Positions 1-7,943 of a stretch of 41,998 bases of DNA are shown in pieces. How positions within the stretch are numbered: position 1 is the stretch's first letter; every line of letters begins with the position of its first letter. A model generated the notes under the pieces. The model made no database searches. It saw only the letters and a program-made list of their open reading frames with translations, and had not been told where the DNA came from. The stretch is from Nitrosopumilaceae archaeon (lineage in GTDB: Archaea; Thermoproteota; Nitrososphaeria; Nitrososphaerales; Nitrosopumilaceae), in assembly GCA_030697975.1 (NCBI GenBank), contig JAUYOQ010000131.1, positions 1-41,998 of the forward strand, written 5' to 3'. Made by a program: the position numbers and the translations under genes.

Positions 1-192
1 AAGGAAAATGCGTTGGATGCTGGCGCTAATGGCGTAACAATAAGTGGAGCTGGCCCATCTGTAATATCTTTTACAACAAAATCATCAGATCAAAAAAAGA
101 TTTGTGCAGCTATGAAAAAGGGTTTTGCCTCATCTAATACAAGCTGTCAGACTATAATCTGTAAGCCCTGTAAAGGAGCAATCGATCTCTAG
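1..192 (+). CDS. GHMP-family kinase, C-terminal fragment (possibly homoserine kinase); 5' end outside the window
   Basis: Frame 1 is open from base 1 to TAG at 190-192. It translates to ...DAGANGVTISGAGPSVISF..., which resembles GHMP kinase motif 3 (G-x-x-SG-S/A-GP-S/T). The subfamily cannot be resolved from 63 aa. Confidence 0.45.
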   Translation, partial: KENALDAGANGVTISGAGPSVISFTTKSSDQKKICAAMKKGFASSNTSCQTIICKPCKGAIDL

Positions 193-209
193 TATTTGGT
201 GTTATTGTA

Positions 210-884
210 TTGGAAAGAGCTGTAGTAGTTTTTAGTGGCGGATTAGATTCTGTATGTACGTGTGCCTACCTCAAGGCAAAATATGAGCTGTATGGGATCA
301 CCTTTGCGTATGGACAACGAGCTAGTCGAGAGCTAAAAACTGCAAAGAATCTTGCTAAAAGTCTCAAACTAAAAAAACATAAAATTGTAGATATTAATTT
401 CATGAAAGAACTTTATGGTAAAACTAATGTCCTTACAAGTACAACAAGACCAATACCTCATAGATTTAATTATTCAATTGTAGTTCCAATACGAAATGCC
501 GTGTTTTTGTCAATTGCTGCTGCATGGGCATTTACACTAAATGCATCCTTGGTTGCATATGGCGCACATAAAGGCGATGTATTTTATCCTGATTGTCGTC
601 CTTCCTTTTCAAAGAAAATGGAACTTGCGTTAAATCAAGGAGAGATTGACGGAATAAAAAATGGAATTAGAAAGAAATTAAGAATTTGGACACCGTTTGA
701 TGAATCACTTTCTAAAAGCGAGTTACTGAAAATAGGTCATGAAGTTGTTGGTGATTTGCTGTTTAGAACGTGGAGTTGTTATTCAAATGCGAAATTGCAT
801 TGTGGAAGATGTGAATCATGTAATAACCGCAAGGCTGCTTTTGTAAAAGCTAAAATTTTAGATAAGACCAGGTACTTGAACTAG
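210..884 (+). CDS. queC: 7-cyano-7-deazaguanine (preQ0) synthase QueC
   Basis: N-terminal PP-loop VVVFSGGLDS and a C-terminal Zn Cys cluster (CYS..HCGRCESC). The 224 aa length is typical. The start is TTG. Confidence 0.85.
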   Translation: MERAVVVFSGGLDSVCTCAYLKAKYELYGITFAYGQRASRELKTAKNLAKSLKLKKHKIVDINFMKELYGKTNVLTSTTRPIPHRFNYSIVVPIRNAVFLSIAAAWAFTLNASLVAYGAHKGDVFYPDCRPSFSKKMELALNQGEIDGIKNGIRKKLRIWTPFDESLSKSELLKIGHEVVGDLLFRTWSCYSNAKLHCGRCESCNNRKAAFVKAKILDKTRYLN

Positions 885-898
885 CTTTATTCTATTTA

Positions 899-1153
899 CT
901 ATCTGTTTTCTAGGATTGGTTTTTTCAGTATCAACCATCTGATTATGATATACCATCCTACAAAAACTGCCCCAGCAATTCCCCAAAAGATCCAGTTTTG
1001 CACTTGTGCATCAAATCCCATTTGTACAAACACGCCTGTGATTTCTCTTGAAACTAGTGCTGATACTGCCAGAACTATAAAGAATTCAATGGCTTTCCAA
1101 GTCCAATAAGGCCATGACTCTTTTGGTATGTGTACGTTGTTGTGTACTCCCAC
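899..1153 (-). CDS. small membrane protein, 2 predicted TM helices, unknown function
   Basis: 84-aa ORF with two hydrophobic stretches (FFIVLAVSALV; IFWGIAGAVFVGWYIII) that fills the gap between queC and folE. Confidence 0.4.
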   Translation of the reverse strand: MGVHNNVHIPKESWPYWTWKAIEFFIVLAVSALVSREITGVFVQMGFDAQVQNWIFWGIAGAVFVGWYIIIRWLILKKPILENR

Positions 1154-1196
1154 ATACCTTGTCTTATGGGATGATTATTTATTTTTTCAGAAAGTT

Positions 1197-1757
1197 TTAG
1201 GCAAACGAAGAAGAGTTGGTGTTGTTTTTTATCATAGCAATGATATCTTTTCGATCTTCTTTTCTTTCATAAACTCCTCTAAATGCATGTGTAGTCATCT
1301 TTGCGTCGTTTTTTACTCCCCGCATCTTCATACAGAGATGTTCTGCCTCTATAACCACGGCAACGCCTTTTACTCCTTGTACAAATAGCTCATCTGCTAT
1401 GTTTTTTGTAAGTCGTTCTTGAATTTGCAGTCTTTTTGAATATTTTTCTACCAAACGGACCAATTTTGAGATTCCAAATACTCTTCCATTAGGTGAATAT
1501 GCTATGTGTATTTTGCCAAAGAATGGCAACATATGATGTTCACACATTGAATAGAACTGGATGTCTTTTGCAATGACTGCATCGGAATCTTCAGAGAATT
1601 GAATTGATAGTTCAGAGTCGGAATCATATCCTGAAAAGATCTCTTTATACATGTCAACTATTCTGTTTGGTGTTTCGCGTAAACCCTCTCTAGTTGGATC
1701 CTCACCTATCTCAATTATTAATTCCCTGATTAGTTTTCGTACTCTTTGTTCATCCAT
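1197..1757 (-). CDS. folE: GTP cyclohydrolase I (FolE type)
   Basis: Carries the CEHHMLPF zinc/active-site motif at a typical 186 aa length. Its ATG shares one base (1757) with the queE stop codon. Confidence 0.85.
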   Translation of the reverse strand: MDEQRVRKLIRELIIEIGEDPTREGLRETPNRIVDMYKEIFSGYDSDSELSIQFSEDSDAVIAKDIQFYSMCEHHMLPFFGKIHIAYSPNGRVFGISKLVRLVEKYSKRLQIQERLTKNIADELFVQGVKGVAVVIEAEHLCMKMRGVKNDAKMTTHAFRGVYERKEDRKDIIAMIKNNTNSSSFA

Positions 1758-2470
1758 TATGGAGCACCTATCAATTTGTGTAATTGTGGTATTATACGTA
1801 CCTCATTATAGAGAGGATATACTATGTCATAAAATTCCAAGAGTTGCTCCAAGCTTGGCTCGGCTACACCGTAGGTTGGCTGTATTATAAATCCCGCAAT
1901 ATCAGTTTTAGAAATTGTATTAAAAATTCTCTTGATTAGTTCTTTAAATGATAGTAAATCCGTTTTTGAGCTAACTACAATTTTGATGTATGTTATTTTC
2001 TTTAGTGATACTGATGTTTTAAGACATTCAAACGCATTTTCCATGAGTGTTGAATAGTGTTTAGGATCAACAAATTCAGAGTCTTTGGTTTTAAATTCAA
2101 TTTTTACAAAATCGATAAACGGTACAACCTCAGAAAATTTAGCAGAGTCAAAACATGATGACTCTAGATAGGTAGGGATGTTTTTTGATTTTACATGCTT
2201 TGCCATTTCCCTGACTGCTTCGTGTTGAATGAGAGGATCCCCTCCTGTAAAATTAACTTTGTAGGTTTTGTCTTGTAATTTGGAGTTTATTATTTTACAG
2301 GCTTCTTCTAATGAATATTCTGTGCCAGAATTCATAGGAAGTGCCTCTACGGTATCACAATAAAAACATGTGAAAGGACAACCTGCTAGTCTAACAAATA
2401 ACGTCTTTGTTCCATAGAGGATCCCCTCACCTTCCACAGATGTGAATATCTCAAACAGTCTTACTTTCAA
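1757..2470 (-). CDS. queE: 7-carboxy-7-deazaguanine synthase QueE (radical SAM)
   Basis: N-terminal [10 protein letters not shown] followed by the radical-SAM cluster [10 protein letters not shown]. It sits immediately upstream of folE and is coupled to it. Confidence 0.8.
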   Translation of the reverse strand: MKVRLFEIFTSVEGEGILYGTKTLFVRLAGCPFTCFYCDTVEALPMNSGTEYSLEEACKIINSKLQDKTYKVNFTGGDPLIQHEAVREMAKHVKSKNIPTYLESSCFDSAKFSEVVPFIDFVKIEFKTKDSEFVDPKHYSTLMENAFECLKTSVSLKKITYIKIVVSSKTDLLSFKELIKRIFNTISKTDIAGFIIQPTYGVAEPSLEQLLEFYDIVYPLYNEVRIIPQLHKLIGAP

Positions 2471-2520
2471 GGATTTAATTATGAATGGTTGTTATTTATT
2501 TAATAAGATTATAGCAATAG

Positions 2521-2715
2521 TTATGACATTACTGGTTCTTTAGTATAAAATAAACCAGAAATGAAAAATACTACTCCTAAAATTCCGATTAATCCTCCAA
2601 CAAATTCCACTGTTTCACCTAGGTCAAACACTGTTGGTGCCCATAAGAATGCAATTAGCGCACCAACAACCATCATAGGTATACCAACGCCAACAGAAAT
2701 TCGTTTAGAAGCCAT
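2521..2715 (-). CDS. small membrane protein (2 TM), unknown function
   Basis: 64-aa hydrophobic ORF (GVGIPMMVVGALIAFLW; GGLIGILGVVFFISGLF). Confidence 0.35.
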   Translation of the reverse strand: MASKRISVGVGIPMMVVGALIAFLWAPTVFDLGETVEFVGGLIGILGVVFFISGLFYTKEPVMS

Positions 2716-2761
2716 GGTATAGTTGGGCTCTTTTTAAAATGTATATGAAGTTTGTGTCAGA

Positions 2762-4039
2762 TTATTGAAGCATTCTATACAATTTTTTAAGTGTTTTTTC
2801 AACTTCAGAAATTTTGTTTAACGCGTCTTTTGGTGAATCGTCAGCTTGGGATTTTGCCTGTTCTAATAATGAGAATGAGTTTTTGATCCAACGTTTGGCA
2901 GCGGCGTTTTTATCTGCCTTTGCTGCCAGTTCATGTAATTCATTTTCTAATTGTTGAATTTTTAGTTTGATTCTTTCTGTTTTTGACTCTGAGAGAGATT
3001 CAGCTCGTAAAGAGTTAACCTCATTCTTATCGATTTTTGTATTTTCAATATCATTTATGAAGTTATTTAGCGTGTTAAATAATTTGAAAGCATCTTCAAG
3101 ATTGCCTTTTGAGATAAGAATTTTTAATTCACCAAGCATGCTTTTTGCTTTATCTAGCTTGACCGTATCAATGCGCTTACTGGTTGATAGTTTGTCTAAT
3201 TTTGCTTCAAGGTTTTTAATTATGGCATCTATTCTATTTGCTTTTGATTCATCAAACTGATTTTTAAGTGTAATAATGATCTTAGTCTGTTTTGCTATTT
3301 GGCTTGAATTAGATGCTTTAATGAGTTGTAGCCTTGATTGCTCTAGGTTTTTGGTTATGTTTTCTGATAAGCCTAGATCCTTTGCTTGTACAATAAGTAT
3401 ATCGACTCGTTGTATTTGTTTTTCAGCAAAATCCTTTGCACGCATAGCCTTCTTTTGATCGGCATTATCTTTGAGTGCATTATAAACATCAAGTGTTAGT
3501 GATTCTAGTATGCCAATGGTCTTTTCTGCAGATCCAAGATCTCCACTGTTGTAATTGTTTCTTGCAGTGGTTATTAATTCATCAAGCGCCTGAAAATCAA
3601 TTTCTACGCCATTTTTTTCCGCTATTCCTTTAAGCCTATCCACATATTTTTCCATTCTATCAATAACTGGTTTTATTCCATATTGGGTATTGGTATCCTG
3701 TGCTAACGCAAGCTCTGCAACTGGCCTTGCTTGGCTAATTTGCTGTCCAATCTCTTTAAAGATCCTCATTGCTGCCAAAAAGTGAGCTCTAGCTTCTTCA
3801 GTATTTTCCTCTTTGGTAGCATTATTTAATGCGTCTATTTCGGCAGAACCTTGTTCATATAATTTCTTTATTTCATCAGGTACTGATTCTGTATTTGAGA
3901 GTTCAGATTTTATGTGATCCCTTGCTTGCATCGCAAGTCTAACTAGTGATTCTGTTTCTGATTCTGCATAAGCATGGGTTAAAATGGTGCCCAGTAGACT
4001 TGCAATCAAAAATAACATAACAAAATAGGTTTTATTCAT
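2762..4039 (-). CDS. secreted long alpha-helical/coiled-coil protein, unknown function
   Basis: N-terminal signal-like segment (MNKTYFVMLFLIASLLGTILTHAYA). The rest is rich in charged and heptad-like sequence. Its start overlaps the upstream gene's stop by 4 nt (4036-4039). Confidence 0.6.
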   Translation of the reverse strand: MNKTYFVMLFLIASLLGTILTHAYAESETESLVRLAMQARDHIKSELSNTESVPDEIKKLYEQGSAEIDALNNATKEENTEEARAHFLAAMRIFKEIGQQISQARPVAELALAQDTNTQYGIKPVIDRMEKYVDRLKGIAEKNGVEIDFQALDELITTARNNYNSGDLGSAEKTIGILESLTLDVYNALKDNADQKKAMRAKDFAEKQIQRVDILIVQAKDLGLSENITKNLEQSRLQLIKASNSSQIAKQTKIIITLKNQFDESKANRIDAIIKNLEAKLDKLSTSKRIDTVKLDKAKSMLGELKILISKGNLEDAFKLFNTLNNFINDIENTKIDKNEVNSLRAESLSESKTERIKLKIQQLENELHELAAKADKNAAAKRWIKNSFSLLEQAKSQADDSPKDALNKISEVEKTLKKLYRMLQ

Positions 4040-5238
4040 TGGTCCTCGCCGGTTATACCATCCTTTAACTTTACTAGATTCTGTAATTCTTTTTTTTCAA
4101 TCTCAACTATTCCTTCTCGTTCTAGGCGTTTTACGGCTCTCCACATAGTTGTTCGTGGTTGAAGGAATTTCTTGCGTAATTCACTTTCATATGCTTGCCC
4201 GCCGTTATCAACAATAAAGGAGATGAGCTCTTTGTCATCGTCTCGAAGATTTGGTCGTAGTACAAAGATTGTTTCTTTATCAAGTGTTCGGTATATTGTT
4301 TTTTCTTGTTTTGATGTAACAGCTAGTGTTTCTTTTATGACTATGTTTTTTCTTCTTTTTAAAATTACAGCAGATGCTATAGCTGCTGCAACAACTCCAA
4401 TAATAATGATAATTGAATTACTCAATATTGAATTGGACTGGGTTGTTGAGGTTTGTTCTTGAATTGCCAGGTTTTTTGCTTCATTTGCCAAGTCTGTTGC
4501 ATCTGTAAATCTACCATTGTCATATGCAGTTAATGCCTCATCAAGTTTGGTATCTGCTAACGGAGTCTGTATTCCGTTGTTTTTTATTTGCTCTATTGAA
4601 TTTCTTGCGTCATTGATAGCATCTAATGTTGTTTGAGCAGAACCAGATACGCCAAAAGAATAGCTTATCTCAATATGGCCCGAAGGCAGTAAAAGACGAG
4701 ATTGTTCATCGATTATTTCTATACTTTGAGGAATGATGTTCATTCCAACAATAACGGTATTTTTTGGCATGAGTACTGTATGTTCTGATGGCGTATCTAC
4801 AGTGAATGACCAGATCTTGCCATCTTTTGATACAAGATCATGAGTATCATAATCTATTGTAAGTAAAGAAGCCCCAAACGTTTCAACTGTTGCTATGTTA
4901 TCTTTTATGTTAGTTGCAAGTAAAAGTCCATTTTCGTCTTGCGCGACAAAATTTTCTATTGTTTCTCCAAACAGTTTTACAGTAAAGTCAGGAGAGAGTG
5001 GATCTGCTTCTGTTTGATAAAAAACATGGGTTGAGCCATCCTGATAAATAATAAAATCAATAGTTCGAAGAGCACTAAGAGAGCTTTGAATAGGCATGCC
5101 TACGGCTAGTATAACAAAACCTAGTGCAATTATGGGCATCCTGACCATTGTTGAGAGGATACTTTGGTTCCTTACAAAAAGGATTCCATCCTCTGGAAGA
5201 GGTTCCTGTGAATTACACAGTACCAATTGTGGGTTCAT
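4036..5238 (-). CDS. membrane-spanning protein with an extracytoplasmic domain and a C-terminal cytoplasmic winged-helix DNA-binding domain
   Basis: N-terminal hydrophobic segment, an approximately 230-aa beta-rich region, then a TM helix (IIIIIGVVAAAIASAVIL followed by KRRK). A MarR/TrmB-like wHTH follows (GGQAYESELRKKF..RTTMWRAVKRLEREGIVEI). The start could instead be an internal Met. Confidence 0.6.
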   Translation of the reverse strand: MNPQLVLCNSQEPLPEDGILFVRNQSILSTMVRMPIIALGFVILAVGMPIQSSLSALRTIDFIIYQDGSTHVFYQTEADPLSPDFTVKLFGETIENFVAQDENGLLLATNIKDNIATVETFGASLLTIDYDTHDLVSKDGKIWSFTVDTPSEHTVLMPKNTVIVGMNIIPQSIEIIDEQSRLLLPSGHIEISYSFGVSGSAQTTLDAINDARNSIEQIKNNGIQTPLADTKLDEALTAYDNGRFTDATDLANEAKNLAIQEQTSTTQSNSILSNSIIIIIGVVAAAIASAVILKRRKNIVIKETLAVTSKQEKTIYRTLDKETIFVLRPNLRDDDKELISFIVDNGGQAYESELRKKFLQPRTTMWRAVKRLEREGIVEIEKKELQNLVKLKDGITGEDQ

Positions 5239-5241
5239 AAA

Positions 5242-5529
5242 CTAGTACCTTAGATTCATGGATTCTACCAGAGACTGGAATTTTTGGAATTCTTGGAAGA
5301 ATTGGACGCCTTTTTCAGTAACCATATACTTTCTGTTCCTGTCATCTTTGATTGAACCTACTAGGCCAGCATCAACAAGTTTTTGGCACTTGTCTAAGAC
5401 TGCATAGTGAGAGAGGTTGGCTTTTCTTGATATGGCAGAAACAATAACTCCCTCACGGCCACCTGACATGGTTACATCCAAAATGTCACCAATTATTCCC
5501 ATCTCGGATCTGTATTGTTGTTTTGACAT
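5242..5529 (-). CDS. small winged-helix DNA-binding protein
   Basis: 95 aa. ISRKANLSHYAVLDKCQKLVDAGLV..RKYMVTEKG is a typical wHTH layout. It ends 3 nt before the next gene. Confidence 0.6.
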   Translation of the reverse strand: MSKQQYRSEMGIIGDILDVTMSGGREGVIVSAISRKANLSHYAVLDKCQKLVDAGLVGSIKDDRNRKYMVTEKGVQFFQEFQKFQSLVESMNLRY

Positions 5530-5762
5530 ACCACCTATACGGCGAGTTGGTTAATCAGGTACATTTTGAAACCTTAAAGCGGAACGCATAGCGGAACGCC
5601 TGCTTCACCATCCAGAAATTGTAAAAATGGTTATTTTTTACGGCGCGAGCATATTTCAAAATTTAAGCGATCTAAGACTCTTGCTATAAAAAGGAAGTTT
5701 TTGGTTTTTAATATTCATTAATAACTTTTTATTCAATGTGATTCTCATAAGTCGTGATAGGC

Positions 5763-6341
5763 ATGTTTGATAGATTCAGGAAAAAAAAGGAAGAGTCTGA
5801 AGATGCTGGTTTTGGGATGGTTGAAGAGAGGCCAGGTTTTAATCAAGACTATTCTGTTGAAGCATTTTCTTCAGATGCACGGGAGTCAATTAATGAAGAA
5901 AAATTAACTGAGAAAGTAGATAACAATACTCCTGTTGAAACACAGCCTCAAAAAAATTCGTCTGTTTCTTTGACAAGCGAGATTGGAATAAGTGCATTGA
6001 TGGATAAACGCACCAGACTAGATGAAGCGATTGATTATGTTGGGTTGATGATTAAAAATCTCAAGGATAAACGTACGAGATTAGAAAAAGATATTGAACA
6101 AGAATCTGTTGATATTAAAAATCTTAAAGAAAAACTCATGAAGGTAAGCGATTACATTGAAGAGGAAAATCAGGGAATTCAGAATCTTAAAATGAAAAGA
6201 ACCGCAGTTGAAAAAGAAGCAGATGAGGTAGGAAATTTTATAAGCAATCTGCGAAACAGGCTGTCAGGCATAGACAGAGTAATAGATGATGAAGGTAACA
6301 AAATAAAGTCCTTCAAAGAGTCTAGACCAAAACAAGAATAA
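5763..6341 (+). CDS. acidic N-terminal region plus 5.5 exact 21-residue repeats (coiled-coil), unknown function
   Basis: ATG at 5763; the track starts at GTG 5754. Repeats of I-x-N-L-K-x-K-R-T-x-L-E-K.. with a 21-aa period run from residue 79 to the C-terminus. Confidence 0.6.
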   Translation: MFDRFRKKKEESEDAGFGMVEERPGFNQDYSVEAFSSDARESINEEKLTEKVDNNTPVETQPQKNSSVSLTSEIGISALMDKRTRLDEAIDYVGLMIKNLKDKRTRLEKDIEQESVDIKNLKEKLMKVSDYIEEENQGIQNLKMKRTAVEKEADEVGNFISNLRNRLSGIDRVIDDEGNKIKSFKESRPKQE

Positions 6342-6380
6342 TTATCTATTAGAAAAATTATTTAAAAAATTTGAAAAATG

Positions 6381-7031
6381 TTAGGTAAATCGTGTAGAGG
6401 ACGATATAGAAGAGGATGATTGTATAGGCATTGATGGAAATTTCTCGTTTATAGAGGCTTCCGCCACTGCTGCCGCTTCTTGCAGTATCTTCTCCGATTC
6501 TGCGTTTGTAGTTTCGTCTATACCAAATGATGCGTCACTGCTCTGGAATGTCTCAGTCATCAAGCCGCTTAGCATTTCTGTCATTCTACTCAATTCTTGA
6601 TCAGCGCCTGGCATGAACTTGATTAGTGAAGATTTAAGACTCTTCATCAGGCCAATTGTTGGCATAATGGTTACAACTGTATCGCCAAGGTTGTGGAATG
6701 TTGTTAATCTTAATTCGATTTGTTCAAGAGCTATTCGTGCATTTCCTAGGATTCTACTTACTTTACGAATTTCAGCTAGCTCGTTTGATAATACTTTGCT
6801 AGTTGATGTATCATGTTGTTGAGTAGCAGCTACAACTCTCTGGAAAAGCTGTTCGTCTCGTTGCTTTAGTTTAGAAAGCATGTTATCTAACTTTCCAATT
6901 TGCAGTTGAAGTCTTTTGATGGCTGTTTCAACTCTAGGCTTTAGTGCGCCTTTAGGTTTTAACGCATCATTGATTCGTTCGCCTAATCCTTGTGTTTGTG
7001 GTTTAGACCATTTGTTTTGAAAGCTAGTCAC
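6381..7031 (-). CDS. cdvB: ESCRT-III / Snf7-family protein (CdvB-type paralog)
   Basis: 216 aa with a basic N-terminal helix and a long helical hairpin pattern (RLQLQIGKLDNMLSKLKQRDEQLFQ...ALEQIELRL). The C-terminal half is acidic and has an FPSMP proline motif. I see no obvious C-terminal winged helix. Paralog assignment is uncertain. Confidence 0.7.
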   Translation of the reverse strand: MTSFQNKWSKPQTQGLGERINDALKPKGALKPRVETAIKRLQLQIGKLDNMLSKLKQRDEQLFQRVVAATQQHDTSTSKVLSNELAEIRKVSRILGNARIALEQIELRLTTFHNLGDTVVTIMPTIGLMKSLKSSLIKFMPGADQELSRMTEMLSGLMTETFQSSDASFGIDETTNAESEKILQEAAAVAEASINEKFPSMPIQSSSSISSSTRFT

Positions 7032-7131
7032 GCCACATGCTGAAATAGTTGATTCTTAATTCAAGATGTGAATTATACTTAACAGTGCGCTAAATTTAGC
7101 TAACAAAAATTAGGGAGAAGAAATTTAGTTT

Positions 7132-7236
7132 TTAGACCTTCAATAGAGTCGTTCTCTGTGGGTGAATCTTTCTGATGTGATTCGGTATTCCCGATGGATT
7201 GTTTACCAGTTCACCACAAAGTGGGCACTTTTCCAT
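7132..7236 (-). CDS. 34-aa single C2H2-type zinc-finger protein
   Basis: MEKCPLCGELVNNPSGIPNHIRKIHP fits C-x2-C-x12-H-x4-H. I prefer the internal ATG (7236) over the 64-aa track ORF, whose N-terminal extension looks non-coding. Confidence 0.4.
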   Translation of the reverse strand: MEKCPLCGELVNNPSGIPNHIRKIHPQRTTLLKV

Positions 7237-7496
7237 TTTCTGTTTGTGAGTTAGAACATTCGTATTTAAATATTGCTTTAAAAGGATTTTTCGTTCTAAG
7301 AGAGTAAAAAATAAACAAAAAATCAAGTTTTGTTAAATCTTTTTATTTTGAATCAAAATGAAACTTTTCGTATTTTATGACGCAGATAGTAAATGTCAAA
7401 GAAGTAACTATACAAAATCGATACAAGGGTTTGAAAGAAGCACTAAAACTCTGATTTTTCCCAAATTTTAAAATCCATTAAGATAAGGTTTCTCTA

Positions 7497-7934
7497 ATGA
7501 AAAAGGGTGTTTTGTGGACAATTATAGTAGCTATTTCCTTCGTAGTAATGCTGGTTTTTTTGGATTTTGGACAGCCAGAATTTAAAAAAACAGACATAAT
7601 TTACCATGTAACGCTAGCCAATCCTGATTTATACAAAGAGGGAGTTTTTGCTGATTCCTTTACTATTCAAAAAGGAGAATACCTCTTTAGATTTGTACCA
7701 AATGGAGATAGCCCAGAGATATTATCTATCACCTTAGCTGGAAGATCTTTTTCCTTTTCAGAAGATTTTGAATTAGAGGGAAATTCCCATGAAACTGGCA
7801 TTTCAGTTTATTATACGTGGGATTACATTGGTGAAAAACGGTTATCGATCCCAGCTGAACAGGAGTTAGAGATTCTGATTAATCCTCATGGCAATATTCA
7901 AGGTCCTGTATCACTTGACATAATCAAGATGTAA
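7497..7934 (+). CDS. membrane-anchored or secreted protein, unknown function
   Basis: N-terminal hydrophobic anchor (VLWTIIVAISFVVMLVFL) followed by a beta-rich 120-aa domain. Confidence 0.5.
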   Translation: MKKGVLWTIIVAISFVVMLVFLDFGQPEFKKTDIIYHVTLANPDLYKEGVFADSFTIQKGEYLFRFVPNGDSPEILSITLAGRSFSFSEDFELEGNSHETGISVYYTWDYIGEKRLSIPAEQELEILINPHGNIQGPVSLDIIKM

Positions 7935-7943
7935 AAGGTGGTG

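Noticed and set aside
1128-1388. Many other antisense or shadow ORFs in the track. Examples are 1128-1388, 1651-1890, 2967-3260, 3276-3458, 4172-4462, 6613-6822, 10073-10270, 10645-10953, 11363-11593, 14536-14838, 16351-16638, 20084-20350, 20697-21059, 28002-28265, 30774-31031, 35737-36183 and 41200-41463.
   Set aside because: Each lies inside a longer ORF on the opposite strand or in another frame, and that longer ORF has recognisable motifs. Their compositions (Ser/Cys/Phe/Leu-rich) are typical of non-coding frames in AT-rich DNA.
7354-7467. 37-aa ORF (MKLFVFYDADSKCQRSNYTKSIQGFERSTKTLIFPKF) in the 7327-7496 spacer.
   Set aside because: It has no recognisable motif or supporting signal, and it is indistinguishable from a chance ORF.
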